From Pelagomonas calceolata (taxonomy: Eukaryota): 28,574 nt of DNA. The notes beneath the pieces were generated by a model that was not told where the DNA came from, did no database searches, and saw only the letters and a list, made by a program, of their open reading frames with translations. Each line of letters opens with the position of its first letter. Position 1 is the first letter of the stretch. The stretch lies in assembly GCA_918797485.1 (NCBI GenBank), contig CAKKNE010000007.1:62001-90574 (forward strand), in the 5' to 3' direction. Below, piece by piece: positions 10,543 to 22,855 of the stretch. The position numbers and the translations under genes were made by a program.

Positions 10543-11025
10543 TTAGAAAAGACCTAAAGTTGCGGCTTTATCAATTGGTAAACATGCACCAATACCAAAC
10601 CAAATTGCGAAAACTGTTCCGAAAAGGAAAACAGCCATCGCAACTGGGCGACGGAATGGGTTTTGGAATTTGTTTACATTTTCAAAAAATGGTACAGTAG
10701 CCAAACCTAATGGTACCGCTGCCATAGCAGCAATTCCTAATAATTTGTTTGGTAAAATACGTAAAATGTTAAAAGTTGGGAAAAGATACCACTCAGGTAA
10801 AATCTCCAATGGTGTTGCAAATGGATCAGCTGGCTCACCTACAGCATAAGGTTCTAATACGCCAAGACCAATTAAGATAGCAAATGTCCCTAAAATTACA
10901 ACCGGGAAAATATAAAGTAAATCATTTGGCCATGCGGGTTCACCGTAGTAGTTATGGCCCATGCCTTTTGCTAATTTCGCACGTAATTTCGGATCCGTCA
11001 AATCCGGTTTCTTAATAACCGTCAT
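10543..11025 (-). CDS. petD: Cytochrome b6f subunit IV
   Basis: [24 protein letters not shown] motif. Confidence 0.99.
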   Translation of the reverse strand: MTVIKKPDLTDPKLRAKLAKGMGHNYYGEPAWPNDLLYIFPVVILGTFAILIGLGVLEPYAVGEPADPFATPLEILPEWYLFPTFNILRILPNKLLGIAAMAAVPLGLATVPFFENVNKFQNPFRRPVAMAVFLFGTVFAIWFGIGACLPIDKAATLGLF

Positions 11026-11050
11026 AATAATTTTTTGTAATTTTAAATAA

Positions 11051-11698
11051 TTATAGTGGGCCTGAAATACCTTGCTGACGAATCATTAAGAAATGTGTTA
11101 GCATTAAAGCAGCAGCGACAACAGGTAAAACAAATGTATGGGCACTGTAGAAACGAGTTAATGTGCTTTGACCTACACTAACCCCACCACGTAATACACC
11201 AACAAGAAGCGGTCCTACAACAGGAATTGAGTCAGGTACACCCGTTACAATTTTACATGCCCAGAAGCCAACTTGGTCCCATGGTAAAGAATACCCCGTT
11301 ACACCAAATGATGCAGTTACGGCACCTAAAAGAACACCAGTTACCCATGTTAACTCACGTGGTTTCTTGAAACCACCAGTTAAATATACACGGAACACGT
11401 GTAAAATTAACATTAGTACCATCATACTTGCTGACCAACGATGAATTGATCGAATTAACCAACCAAAGTTTACTTCAGTCATAATGTATTCTACTGAAGC
11501 AAATGCATCAGAAACAGTAGGGCGGTAGTAGAACGTCATTGCAAATCCCGTTGCTACTTGCGTTAAAAAACAAGTGAATACAATACCACCAAAACAGTAA
11601 AAAATATTAACATGAGGTGGAACATATTTACTTGTAATATCATCAGCAATTGACTGAATTTCTAATCTTTCTTCAAACCAGTCGTAAACTTTACTCAT
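11051..11698 (-). CDS. petB: Cytochrome b6, 215 aa
   Basis: Canonical start [12 protein letters not shown] at 11698 (track start 11731 adds 11 non-conserved codons); [10 protein letters not shown] heme motif. Confidence 0.98.
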   Translation of the reverse strand: MSKVYDWFEERLEIQSIADDITSKYVPPHVNIFYCFGGIVFTCFLTQVATGFAMTFYYRPTVSDAFASVEYIMTEVNFGWLIRSIHRWSASMMVLMLILHVFRVYLTGGFKKPRELTWVTGVLLGAVTASFGVTGYSLPWDQVGFWACKIVTGVPDSIPVVGPLLVGVLRGGVSVGQSTLTRFYSAHTFVLPVVAAALMLTHFLMIRQQGISGPL

Positions 11699-11975
11699 AA
11701 TGGTTCTTTTTATATTTATGATATATGACAATTAGGCAATTAATTAACTATATTAAATTATTATAATTCGATTTTTTCGAAAAGTAAAATTCTCATAAAA
11801 AGTTAAAAAATAAACGTTTATTATTAATCTAATTCTTGTTACAATTATATTATTGTCGTCTTGGCTTTTAATTAATAAAACTGTTTAGTTCTTAAATTCT
11901 AAACTTTTCAAATCTTCATTTTTTAAATAAACAATTCGTATTTTATACAAAAATCAACATTAACATTACGTAAAT

Positions 11976-12278
11976 ATGCCGGATCAAACTAAACAAAATT
12001 CATATAATTGTGTCCTTATTTTTAAGGAAATGACAAATAAAACAAATTTTCAATTACTAGCATTTAGTTACGCTCAACTTTTGAAACAATTAGGGGCAAA
12101 AAATATTAATGCTTACAATAAGGAATCATACAATTTGTCATACCCTATTCAAAAATCGACAAATGTGAAATTTATTGAATTCTCATTCGATTTTGCACCT
12201 CAGGCCTTAGATATTTTCACACGGAAATTACGCTTAGACGAATCATTATTACGATTCTTTTTAACCAAAGTAAAGTAG
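11976..12278 (+). CDS. rps6: 30S ribosomal protein S6 (divergent)
   Basis: 100 aa; LSYPIQK and LRLDESLLRF resemble S6 LAYPI and VLR motifs. Confidence 0.8.
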   Translation: MPDQTKQNSYNCVLIFKEMTNKTNFQLLAFSYAQLLKQLGAKNINAYNKESYNLSYPIQKSTNVKFIEFSFDFAPQALDIFTRKLRLDESLLRFFLTKVK

Positions 12279-12282
12279 AAAA

Positions 12283-12311
12283 TTGACATTTTAAAATAAT
12301 TCTCGTAACAT
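12283..12311 (+). promoter_or_regulatory. Sigma70-type promoter of trnN
   Basis: TTGACA-N17-TAACAT ending 16 nt before trnN. Confidence 0.6.
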
Positions 12312-12327
12312 ATGTAGAAAATTACTA

Positions 12328-12399
12328 TCCTCGATAGCTCAGTGGTAGAGCAATCGGCTGTTAACCGATTGGTCGTAGGTTCAAGTCCTACTCGGGGAG
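12328..12399 (+). tRNA. trnN: tRNA-Asn(GUU)
   Basis: TCCTCGA/TCGGGGA acceptor, anticodon loop CTGTTAA. Confidence 0.95.
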
Positions 12400-12467
12400 A
12401 TCTATTATTTTACATATTGTTATTCAAATAAGTATGCAAAATTAAAAATTCGTAAAAAAATAAAATT

Positions 12468-12620
12468 ATGACAAAAAGAACACTTCGTGGAAGCAAGCTT
12501 AAAGCAATCAAAGTTATCGGTTTTCGAGCTCGAATGGGTACAGCAAATGGGCGTAAAGTTTTAGCTCGCAGACGCAAAAAAGGACGTTCGCTTTTAACTA
12601 ATTTACGTCGAACTAAGTAA
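12468..12620 (+). CDS. rpl34: 50S ribosomal protein L34, 50 aa
   Basis: Hand translation [50 protein letters not shown]; not in ORF track. Confidence 0.95.
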   Translation: MTKRTLRGSKLKAIKVIGFRARMGTANGRKVLARRRKKGRSLLTNLRRTK

Positions 12621-12699
12621 AAAAACTAACTATAATAAGTCTAATAAATCAAATTGCATAACGTCATAGTTTGATGTTAAAAATCGACCGAAAAATCTT

Positions 12700-14181
12700 A
12701 TGCCTTTTATAGAAGACTTTAATCTATTATTAAAAGCCCGTTATTCTTTAATTTATATTTCAACAACAGAAGAAGATAGGCTTGAATATACAATTCGAAA
12801 TTGTGTTAAATTAGGGAAAGATCGTGCAATTTATACATGGGATTTTATCGACGGATTTTTAAATAATCCCAATAAAAAAGAAATAGGTAAACGCAATCCT
12901 TTACAAGCCCTTGAATTCGTAGAGAAATTGACGGTAGATAATCCGGCTATTTTTGTATTAAAAGACTTTAATAAATTTTCGCGAGATATAACAATTTCAC
13001 GAAAGCTTAGAAATTTAGCACGATTGTTAAAAACCCAGCCTAAAACAATTATTATTGTCGCCTCCGAAATTGATATTCCAGAAGAAATTCGAGAATTAAT
13101 TACAATTTTAGATTTTAATTTACCCGATGTTAATGAAATACGACAAGAATTAAATCGTTTATTAGAACTATTGAATCAAAATCTAGAAAATGACGATTTA
13201 GAAAGTTTGGTTCGATCATGTCAAGGTCTTTCTATTGAACGAATAAGGCGAGTGTTATCAAAAATTATTGCGAACAATCAAATTATAGACAGTTCTAGTA
13301 TTTCGATAATTTTGAAAGAAAAACAACAAATAATTAATCAAACTCAAATTCTTGAATTTTGTTCAACTTCACAAACCTTAGATGAGGTTGGTGGACTTGA
13401 TAATTTAAAACTTTGGTTAGAGCAACGCTCATCATCTTTTTCTGAGAAAGCGACAAATTACGGCTTACCTGTTCCAAGAGGTTTATTACTTGTTGGTGTA
13501 CAAGGAACCGGGAAATCTTTAACCGCAAAAGCGATCGCCCACGATTGGCGATTACCACTTTTAAGATTAGATTTTGGACGATTATTCGCTGGTATAGTAG
13601 GAGAATCGGAATCACGGGTACGTGAAATGATACGAGTTGCCGAAGCTTTATCGCCTTGTATCGTCTGGATTGATGAAATAGATAAATCCTTTAATCAAAG
13701 TGAGGGTAAAGGTGATAGCGGCACAACGAACCGTGTTTTAGCGACATTTTTGACTTGGCTATCCGAAAAAACATCCCAAGTTTTTGTTGTTGCAACTGCA
13801 AATAATTTTGAAGTATTGCCATTAGAATTAATTCGTAAAGGGCGCTTCGATGAGATTTTTTTCGTTGGTTTACCTGTAGAATCAGAAAGAAAACAAATTT
13901 TTGAAGTTCTACTTTCTCAACTTAGACCAGATTCAGTTCAAGATTATGATTTACAATCGCTAAGCAAAAAAGCTATTGATTTTTCTGGTGCCGAAATTTT
14001 CCAAGCGATTATTGAAGGTATGTATATCGCTTTTAATGAAAATCGAGAATTTACTACCTCTGACATTATGAAAGGCTTAAATGAAATTATTCCATTAGCA
14101 CAATTAGAAAAGAAAAAAATTCAAACTTTGCAACAATGGGCGCTCTCAGGGCGTATTCGAACAGCTTCTTCGAACTTTTAG
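12700..14181 (+). CDS. ycf46: Ycf46 AAA+ ATPase
   Basis: 493 aa; EEDRLE, VGGLDNLK, Walker A GVQGTGKS, Walker B VWIDE, RKGRFDEIFFV; next to rpl34. Confidence 0.95.
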   Translation: MPFIEDFNLLLKARYSLIYISTTEEDRLEYTIRNCVKLGKDRAIYTWDFIDGFLNNPNKKEIGKRNPLQALEFVEKLTVDNPAIFVLKDFNKFSRDITISRKLRNLARLLKTQPKTIIIVASEIDIPEEIRELITILDFNLPDVNEIRQELNRLLELLNQNLENDDLESLVRSCQGLSIERIRRVLSKIIANNQIIDSSSISIILKEKQQIINQTQILEFCSTSQTLDEVGGLDNLKLWLEQRSSSFSEKATNYGLPVPRGLLLVGVQGTGKSLTAKAIAHDWRLPLLRLDFGRLFAGIVGESESRVREMIRVAEALSPCIVWIDEIDKSFNQSEGKGDSGTTNRVLATFLTWLSEKTSQVFVVATANNFEVLPLELIRKGRFDEIFFVGLPVESERKQIFEVLLSQLRPDSVQDYDLQSLSKKAIDFSGAEIFQAIIEGMYIAFNENREFTTSDIMKGLNEIIPLAQLEKKKIQTLQQWALSGRIRTASSNF

Positions 14182-14187
14182 TAACTT

Positions 14188-15516
14188 ATGAAATTACGAT
14201 TTGTCCTCGTTAGATATTTAGCTAATCTCCAATTCGCTATTATCCTTCTTCTTACAATTGCTAGTTTTAGTATATTGGGTTCAATTATTGAGCAAGATCA
14301 ACCAATCGATTTTTACAAAAATGCTTACAGTCAACCCTGGTTTGGAATTTTTACGAGTAACATTATTTTACAATTTGGATTAGATCATATTTTTAAAACG
14401 TGGTGGTTTATTAGTTTATTAATAATATTTGGGGCGAGTTTACTATGTTGTACATTACTACAGCAATTACCAATTCTAAAAAATGCCCAAAAATTTAAAT
14501 TATATAAAACTAAACGGAATTTTACAAAACTCCCATTTAATACAAAAACGATACCGGTAACAAATGGAAGTCTAGTCGTTGCGTTAAAAAATAAAAATTA
14601 TCAAATTTTTCAAGGTTCCCGGGGTGTTTACGCACATAAAGGAATAATTGGTCGTGTATCACCAATAATCGTACATTTTAGTATGGTCCTAATTTTATTA
14701 GGTACAATTTTAGCTTCAACGTCGGGATTTGTCGCACAAGAATTTATTCCGAAAACCGAAGTTTTTCATATACAAAACATATTAAATAACAATGTAAATA
14801 GTTTTGTTCCTCAAATATCAGGTCGTGTTAATGATTTTTGGATTACCTATACAGAGGATCAAAGTATAAAACAATTTTATACAGATCTCTCGATTCTTGA
14901 TAAAAATGGGAAAGAATTAAAACGCGAAACGATTTATGTTAACCACCCATTACGATACAGAGGATTAACTTTTTATCAAACGGATTGGACAATTGTAGGA
15001 ACCCGTTATCGTTTAAAAAATTCTCAAACTTATCAAGTACCTATTCTCAAACCAACAAAAAATATTTGGCTTTCATGGTTACCTAAATTAGAGGCGAATG
15101 AAAAATTAACTGATAAACAACCTGGTTATACCGTTTTAAGCACTACATTGCGTGGTATAAATTCAATTTATGATGAAACTGGTAAACTAGTAGGTGAAGG
15201 CGAAATAAATGAAAGTTTGCCATTTAATCCAAATATTGAATTTTGTGATTATATAACTGCAACTGGGTTACAAATAAAATCGGATCCTGGTATTCCTGTG
15301 ATTTATTTAGGGTTTTTCTTCTTATTAATAAGTATTATTTCTAGTTATATATCATATTCACAGGTATGGTTAACACGAAAAAATAATAAAATTTTGTTAG
15401 GTGGTATAACAAATAGGTCAAAAATACAATTTGAATTTGAGATGTTGAATTTAATTCTTCAATTTCAAAAAAATTTTAAAAATGCGGATGGAGAGACTCG
15501 AACTCTCACAAGATAA
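14188..15516 (+). CDS. ccs1: Cytochrome c biogenesis protein Ccs1 (Ycf44, ResB-like)
   Basis: GSIIEQDQ, WWF, VNHPL...FYQTDW, GLQIKSDPG motifs. Confidence 0.95.
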   Translation: MKLRFVLVRYLANLQFAIILLLTIASFSILGSIIEQDQPIDFYKNAYSQPWFGIFTSNIILQFGLDHIFKTWWFISLLIIFGASLLCCTLLQQLPILKNAQKFKLYKTKRNFTKLPFNTKTIPVTNGSLVVALKNKNYQIFQGSRGVYAHKGIIGRVSPIIVHFSMVLILLGTILASTSGFVAQEFIPKTEVFHIQNILNNNVNSFVPQISGRVNDFWITYTEDQSIKQFYTDLSILDKNGKELKRETIYVNHPLRYRGLTFYQTDWTIVGTRYRLKNSQTYQVPILKPTKNIWLSWLPKLEANEKLTDKQPGYTVLSTTLRGINSIYDETGKLVGEGEINESLPFNPNIEFCDYITATGLQIKSDPGIPVIYLGFFFLLISIISSYISYSQVWLTRKNNKILLGGITNRSKIQFEFEMLNLILQFQKNFKNADGETRTLTR

Positions 15517-15565
15517 TCTCACCAGAGCCTAAATCTGGCGCGTCTACCAATTCCGCCACATCCGC
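15483..15565 (-). tRNA. trnL: tRNA-Leu(UAG)
   Basis: Reverse complement GCGGATG...CCAGA TTTAGGC TCTGG, long variable arm, ...CATCCGCA. Confidence 0.95.
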
Positions 15566-15619
15566 ACAACCAATATTATACATAAATTTCAGATTTTGTC
15601 TAAAAAAAGAATCAACTAA

Positions 15620-16543
15620 ATGAATCGTACTCATTTACCATATACACTTGAACAGCTTGTAATTTTACGAGCAGTGGCAAAGGGTGGAAGTTTTAAAAAT
15701 GCTGCACAGAGTTTGTTTTTGACACAACCTGCTGTTAGTTTACAAATACAAAATTTGGAAAAACAATTAAAAACTAATTTATTTGATCGCACAAAAAAAC
15801 AAATTGAATTAACTGAAGCCGGAACCTTGCTATTACGATATAGTAACAGGATTTTAGCATTATGTGAGGAAAGTTCGAGAGTTTTAGACGATTTGAGTGA
15901 ATTGCAAAGTGGTAAATTAGTCATAGGGGCTAGTCAAACAACGGGTACATATTTGATGCCTAAAATTATTGGCCTATTTCAACAAAAATATCCTAATATT
16001 AATGTGCAATTAAATGTCGATTCTACAAGAAAAGTTGCTTGGCATCTTATGAATAGACAAGTTGATATTGGGATTGTGGGTGGTAAAATACCTAAAGAGT
16101 TAAGAAAAATTCTTGAAATTACACCATATGTTGAAGATGAACTCGCATTGATTGTTCCACCGTCCCACCCATATGTAAAATTAGAATGTATAAAAAAAGA
16201 AGATCTTTATGATTTAAAATTTATTAGTCTTAATTCCTATTCAACAATACGAACCGTAGTTGATGACACGTTATCAAAAAATGGTATTGATGTAACACGT
16301 TTAAAAGTAGAAATGGAATTGAATTCTATCGAAGCTATAAAAAATGCTGTTCAATCAAGCTTAGGTGCCGCTTTTGTTTCCGTTTCAGCCATTACAAAAG
16401 AGTTAGAATTAAATCTTTTAAATTGTGTAAGAATTGAAGATGTAAAGATAAATCGTAAATTATGTATTATTTTAAATCCCAACCGATATAAATCGAAAGC
16501 TTCAGAAAATTTCACCAAAGAAATATTAACTTTATTGAAGTAA
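15620..16543 (+). CDS. rbcR: LysR-family RuBisCO operon regulator RbcR (Ycf30)
   Basis: [50 protein letters not shown]. Confidence 0.96.
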   Translation: MNRTHLPYTLEQLVILRAVAKGGSFKNAAQSLFLTQPAVSLQIQNLEKQLKTNLFDRTKKQIELTEAGTLLLRYSNRILALCEESSRVLDDLSELQSGKLVIGASQTTGTYLMPKIIGLFQQKYPNINVQLNVDSTRKVAWHLMNRQVDIGIVGGKIPKELRKILEITPYVEDELALIVPPSHPYVKLECIKKEDLYDLKFISLNSYSTIRTVVDDTLSKNGIDVTRLKVEMELNSIEAIKNAVQSSLGAAFVSVSAITKELELNLLNCVRIEDVKINRKLCIILNPNRYKSKASENFTKEILTLLK

Positions 16544-16626
16544 TTTTTTAAAGTCAAATTAAAAATTGACTATAGAAGCAATTAGCTTTAGTGTATAAGA
16601 TGTAACGTTCTTAAAAATTACAACAA

Positions 16627-16953
16627 ATGAAATACGCCGTTATCGAAATCGGTGGCAAACAAATGCTGGTTGAAGAAGGTAAATATTATGCTATCAACCG
16701 GTTACCTCATAAAGCTGGAAGCTCTTTAAATATAAATCGAATCCTATTTTGTAACGATAAAGGGCGAAGAGTTGTAGGCCACCCTTATATAGAAAATTTA
16801 GAATCAGTTCAAGTAAAAGCAACGATTTTAGAGCATTTTAAAGATAAAAAAATTACCGTCTTTAAGATGAAACCAAAGAAAAAATTGCGTTGGACAAGAG
16901 GACATCGTCAATTGCAAACACGTATAATGATAGATAAAATACAAACTAATTAA
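16627..16953 (+). CDS. rpl21: 50S ribosomal protein L21
   Basis: [22 protein letters not shown]. Confidence 0.96.
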   Translation: MKYAVIEIGGKQMLVEEGKYYAINRLPHKAGSSLNINRILFCNDKGRRVVGHPYIENLESVQVKATILEHFKDKKITVFKMKPKKKLRWTRGHRQLQTRIMIDKIQTN

Positions 16954-16955
16954 TT

Positions 16956-17216
16956 ATGGCACATAAGAAGGGTGCGGGTAGTACCAAAAATGGACGAGAC
17001 TCTAACGCAAAACGTTTAGGTGTTAAGTGTTGCGGAGGCCAAGTCGTAAAAGCGGGAAATATTTTAATGCGTCAACGTAGCTTTAAAATTCTTCCTGGAA
17101 TAAATGTTGGTTCTGGGCGTGACAACACATTATATGCATTAGCAGATGGAGTTGTTAAATTTGAACCAGTACAAACGAAACTAAAAAAATACAAAAGACT
17201 TAATATCGTAATTTAA
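16956..17216 (+). CDS. rpl27: 50S ribosomal protein L27
   Basis: [24 protein letters not shown]. Confidence 0.98.
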   Translation: MAHKKGAGSTKNGRDSNAKRLGVKCCGGQVVKAGNILMRQRSFKILPGINVGSGRDNTLYALADGVVKFEPVQTKLKKYKRLNIVI

Positions 17217-17247
17217 AAAACTATTAATATAGTTTTTTAAATTACGA
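17206..17247. terminator. 19-bp perfect stem-loop overlapping the rpl27 stop, facing convergent ccsA
   Basis: TCGTAATTTAAAAAACTAT-TAAT-ATAGTTTTTTAAATTACGA. Confidence 0.8.
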
Positions 17248-17357
17248 CCCACTAGCCAGCCAACAACAGCTGCGGTAATGGCATTAAAATAATCCTCCCA
17301 ATAATCCGAAAAAGAAGTCACCTTAAATTTTTCTCATATCTTATCGGCAAAACTTTT

Positions 17358-18281
17358 TTAACTTAACCATCCATAGCTATGAAGACCTTTACCTAAGAAG
17401 TTTACTCCTAAATAACAAACCCAAACAACGACAAACCCTAAAGCACCTAATAATGCCGCTTTTTGACCTTGCCAATTTTTTGTTAAACGTGCATGAATAT
17501 AAGAAGCAAAAACAATCCATGTAATTAGGGCCCAAGTCTCTTTTGGATCCCAACTCCAATATGAACCCCAGGCTTCATTTGCCCAAACAGCCCCTGAAAT
17601 AATACCTAATGTCAAACAAGGGAATCCTAAGCTAATTGTCCTATAACTCCAATTATCTAAATTAAATAATAATTTTTCTTTGCCTATTTCTGAAACTGAA
17701 CTTTTATAAGCGACAGGGGCCTCTAATTCAGGATCCATCATTAAAGCACCACTTGTATCAGAACGGACAGTCATGTAATTTTTTGTTACATTTGCAGATC
17801 CAAAACTTAAAATTAAAAACAAAATTGATAATAATGAGCCAAGGATCAAAGTAGCATAGCTAACCATCATCATACTAACATGTAACATTAACCAATTTGA
17901 TTGCAGAGCTGGCACTAAAGGTGCAGCTTTTTGCATTTCTACTGGTAAAATAGATGTCGAAAAACCGATTAACAATAAATTTAAGGGTGTAATAATAGAA
18001 CCTATTATTTTACTTGATGTTTTAGCTTCAGAAATTAACTGTACACTAGTTAAACACCACGTTAAAAATAACAATGATTCATATAAATTACTTAATGGAA
18101 AATAACCTTCTTTAATCCAACGATAACCTAAAAATACAAATAATAACATATTTGCTGCGATCGTTGTACCCGTTGTTAAGAAAGGGAAAATATTTGAATT
18201 TATTCGCATTGTCAAACTAATCCAATAACAAATTGTTGACAATACAAATAATCCAAATACGAGATTTATCAAAAAGTTCAT
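17358..18281 (-). CDS. ccsA: Cytochrome c biogenesis protein CcsA
   Basis: WWD domain GAVWANEAWGSYWSWDPKETWA, PLSNLYES, LVPALQSNWL, GLHSYG. Confidence 0.98.
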   Translation of the reverse strand: MNFLINLVFGLFVLSTICYWISLTMRINSNIFPFLTTGTTIAANMLLFVFLGYRWIKEGYFPLSNLYESLLFLTWCLTSVQLISEAKTSSKIIGSIITPLNLLLIGFSTSILPVEMQKAAPLVPALQSNWLMLHVSMMMVSYATLILGSLLSILFLILSFGSANVTKNYMTVRSDTSGALMMDPELEAPVAYKSSVSEIGKEKLLFNLDNWSYRTISLGFPCLTLGIISGAVWANEAWGSYWSWDPKETWALITWIVFASYIHARLTKNWQGQKAALLGALGFVVVWVCYLGVNFLGKGLHSYGWLS

Positions 18282-18340
18282 ATTAATTAATTGATGAAAA
18301 ATATCGTTCCTGATATTTTAAAAGACGTTTAATTTAAGGT

Positions 18341-18613
<273 letters not shown>

Positions 18614-18860
18614 TTAAGTAAATATTTATAATACTATATAAATAGTATATAGTAAGATGGGCAAAATAAATTTATAAATCTAAAAGTACGAAATAGTTAG
18701 TTTAAAAAACTTTCGTAAATTAACCATTTATAATTATAAAGATGAAATTTCAAGATTAGTAACGATATTAACGAACTCTTGTTTTTATAAATTATTTTTA
18801 ATACTATATTGATTGTATAAAATACTTATAATTGCAATTCAATTTAAAAATACCAAAAAA

Positions 18861-19055
18861 ATGGCAAAAACAAAAGGCGTACGCGTGATAATTACTTTAG
18901 AATGTACCACATGCCGTACAAATACTGATAAACGTTCAAATGGTGTTTCACGTTATACAACAATGAAGAATCGTCGAAATACACCTGATAGATTAGAAAT
19001 TAAAAAATTCTGTCCACATTGTAACCGTCATACAAATCATAAGGAAATTAAATAA
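18861..19055 (+). CDS. rpl33: 50S ribosomal protein L33, 64 aa
   Basis: Start set at ATG 18861 (MAKTKGVR) rather than the track's TTG 18813; CTTC and CPHC zinc motifs, RYTT.KNRRNT. Confidence 0.95.
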   Translation: MAKTKGVRVIITLECTTCRTNTDKRSNGVSRYTTMKNRRNTPDRLEIKKFCPHCNRHTNHKEIK

Positions 19056-19063
19056 ATTAAAAT

Positions 19064-19267
19064 ATGTCTGAGCAATTAGAAAAAGAAGTGAAAAATTTTG
19101 ATTTCGTAGATATAGAAACATTAAACGTATATCTAGATGATCAAAAGCGTATTTTGCCGCGTCGTGTTACCGAATTATCAATTCGAAATCAACGTCGATT
19201 AACAAAAGCAGTTAAACGCGCACGATTACTTGGTCTTTTACCTTTTACGGTTCAAGCAGAATATTAA
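19064..19267 (+). CDS. rps18: 30S ribosomal protein S18 (divergent)
   Basis: ILPRRVT, QRRLTKAVKRAR, LLPF; follows rpl33. Confidence 0.92.
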   Translation: MSEQLEKEVKNFDFVDIETLNVYLDDQKRILPRRVTELSIRNQRRLTKAVKRARLLGLLPFTVQAEY

Positions 19268-19288
19268 TTAAAAATTACATAATTCTAA

Positions 19289-19807
19289 ATGGGTCGCTCA
19301 CAACGTAATGACAATTTCATTGATAAAACGTTTACACTTTTAGCGGATATATTGTTAAAAGTTTTCCCAGCGAGTAAACAAGAAAAACAAGCGTTCTTCT
19401 ACTACCGTGATGGAATGTCCGCGCAAGCAGAAGGAGATTATGCAGAAGCTTTAGAAAATTATTATGAAGCTTTACAAATCGAAGAAGATCCTTATGACCG
19501 TAGTTACATATTATATAATATTGGGTTAATTTATTCTAATAATGGGGAATATGTTCAAGCATTAGAATATTATCAACAAGCGTTGGAATTAAACTCTAAT
19601 TTACCCCAAGCTTTAAATAATATTGCAGTAATTTATCATTATCAAGGTTCTCAAGCAATAGAGAAACAAAATACGGAAACTTCTAAAGCCTTATTTGATA
19701 AAGCTGGTGAGTATTGGCGTCAAGCTATTCGATTAGCCCCAACCAATTATATTGAAGCACAGAATTGGTTAAAAACAACGGGCAGAATATCTTCAGATCT
19801 TATTTAA
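19289..19807 (+). CDS. ycf3: PSI assembly TPR protein Ycf3
   Basis: [29 protein letters not shown]. Confidence 0.98.
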   Translation: MGRSQRNDNFIDKTFTLLADILLKVFPASKQEKQAFFYYRDGMSAQAEGDYAEALENYYEALQIEEDPYDRSYILYNIGLIYSNNGEYVQALEYYQQALELNSNLPQALNNIAVIYHYQGSQAIEKQNTETSKALFDKAGEYWRQAIRLAPTNYIEAQNWLKTTGRISSDLI

Positions 19808-19844
19808 CCCTGTCAAAGAACTAATTTTAACGGGGTTAAATAAG
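19799..19844 (+). terminator. Stem-loop overlapping the ycf3 stop
   Basis: CTTATTTAACCC / GGGTTAAATAAG, 12-bp outer stem with imperfect inner extension. Confidence 0.7.
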
Positions 19845-20097
19845 TTTAACTTACGAGATACTAATATTCCACATCTATTTAAATTTATTTAAGATTTTTA
19901 TAATTCTAAAAATCTATGTATTTAAGATTTTTTTGTTTCGCAAAAAAAATTGGCTATAAAGCCTTATACACGAATAAGAATAGGAGATTTTATGATAAAC
20001 ATTTTTTTCATCTTTATCGTATAATGATTAATGCAAGATAATGAAAAAGTTGCGGAAATTAATTTTTTTAAAAACTTTTTGAAACCCTATTGATTAA

Positions 20098-21549
<1,452 letters not shown>

Positions 21550-21568
21550 TAAAAATTAAGGAGTTAAG

Positions 21569-21988
21569 ATGAGTTTAAATGTTCGTATAATCACTCCTGA
21601 AAAAGTTTTTTTAACAAGTGAAACAGAACAAGTTGTTTTACCGTCAATCACCGGTGGAGTAGGAATTTTGAAAGGGCATGCTCCCTTAGTTACTATTCTT
21701 GAAGCTGGGGTTTTACGCTACAAAAACAATGGCACTTGGACTCCAGCGGTTCTTTACGGAGGATTCGCGGAAGTCGAAGATGATCAAGTTACTGTTCTGG
21801 TAAATGGTGCTGAAGAAGTTTCTAGTTCTAGCGATCTTGCAGAAGTTGAAAAAGCTCTTATAGATGCGACAACGAATTTAGAAGACGTAAAGAAAACTGT
21901 TTCTGAAGACCGAAAATTAAAACCAGAAATTTTAAAGGTTCAAATTGCGAAAGCACGTTTTGAAGCTACTAAAATGTTAAAAGGTTAA
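21569..21988 (+). CDS. atpE: ATP synthase CF1 epsilon subunit
   Basis: ITPEK, GILKGHAPL, GGFAEV; SD AAGGAG at 21558-21563. Confidence 0.96.
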   Translation: MSLNVRIITPEKVFLTSETEQVVLPSITGGVGILKGHAPLVTILEAGVLRYKNNGTWTPAVLYGGFAEVEDDQVTVLVNGAEEVSSSSDLAEVEKALIDATTNLEDVKKTVSEDRKLKPEILKVQIAKARFEATKMLKG

Positions 21989-22035
21989 TTTTAGTCTGAA
22001 ATAATTTAATTAAAATTGATAAAAAAGTATACATA

Positions 22036-22800
22036 GTGGATTTAAGAATTAAGGATAAAGATTTTCAGTTTAGACAAACAGATGAGCTAAACCTGGATAT
22101 TGAAGCTTTAGAGTTACCCATTTCGGAACATATTGAAGAAATGCGTCAACGGTCCCTACAAGTCCTATGCTTTGCTTTTTTAGCAATAGGTGTAATGTTT
22201 TTAAAGATTACACCTATTGTTGAACTATTAGAAGCACCAATTGAAGGCATTAAATTTATTCAACTTTCTCCTGGGGAATACTTTTTATCAACTGTTAAAA
22301 TCTCTTTTTATGGTGGACTGCTTTTTAGTGTCCCCTTTTTACTTAGCCAACTAATTTTTTATATTTTACCTGGCTTAACTAAATCGGAAAAAAATATAAT
22401 TTTACCGATTTTAGTAACATCATTAGTATTATTTTGTGCTGGGCTTTTATTTGCGTATTACGTATTAATACCAGCGGCATTAAATTTTTTTATTGGTTAT
22501 AGTAGTACTGTAATCGAACCCTTATGGTCATTTGATCAATACTTCGATTTTATACTTTTCTTATTTTATAGCACCGGTTTTTCCTTCCAAGTCCCAATTG
22601 TACAAGTCATTTTAGGATTAGCTGGAATTGTAAATGGTAAACAAATGTTAAATGCGTGGAAATATGTCGTATTAGGAGCAACAATAATTAGTGCTGTATT
22701 GACTCCTTCAACAGATCCCGTGACACAACTTTGTTTATCTGGAGCAATTGTTATCTTATACTTAATCGGTGCTGGGCTTTTAGTTCTTTATAAGAAATAA
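22036..22800 (+). CDS. tatC: Twin-arginine translocase TatC (Ycf43); GTG start, start position uncertain
   Basis: EHIEEMRQR, QLSPGEYF, PGLTKSEK, FQVP, LTPSTDPVTQ. Confidence 0.95.
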   Translation: MDLRIKDKDFQFRQTDELNLDIEALELPISEHIEEMRQRSLQVLCFAFLAIGVMFLKITPIVELLEAPIEGIKFIQLSPGEYFLSTVKISFYGGLLFSVPFLLSQLIFYILPGLTKSEKNIILPILVTSLVLFCAGLLFAYYVLIPAALNFFIGYSSTVIEPLWSFDQYFDFILFLFYSTGFSFQVPIVQVILGLAGIVNGKQMLNAWKYVVLGATIISAVLTPSTDPVTQLCLSGAIVILYLIGAGLLVLYKK

Positions 22801-22855
22801 ACTCTAAAAAAAAATACTTTATATAAAAATATAGAAACTGAAAAAGTTTTTAAAA

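Noticed and set aside
11699..11731. 11-aa N-terminal extension of PetB in the ORF track
   Set aside because: The canonical 215-aa protein starts at 11698; the upstream ATG lies in AT-rich UTR-like sequence
13334..16557. Minus-strand ORFs at 13334-13615, 15631-15924 and 16351-16557
   Set aside because: Antisense shadows of ycf46 and rbcR
18813..18860. TTG-started extension of rpl33
   Set aside because: The conserved MAK start is at 18861
19886..19932. 14-bp direct repeat TATTTAAGATTTTT (19886 and 19919), possible iteron or CRISPR remnant
   Set aside because: Only two copies, low complexity in an extremely AT-rich spacer, and no cas or rep genes
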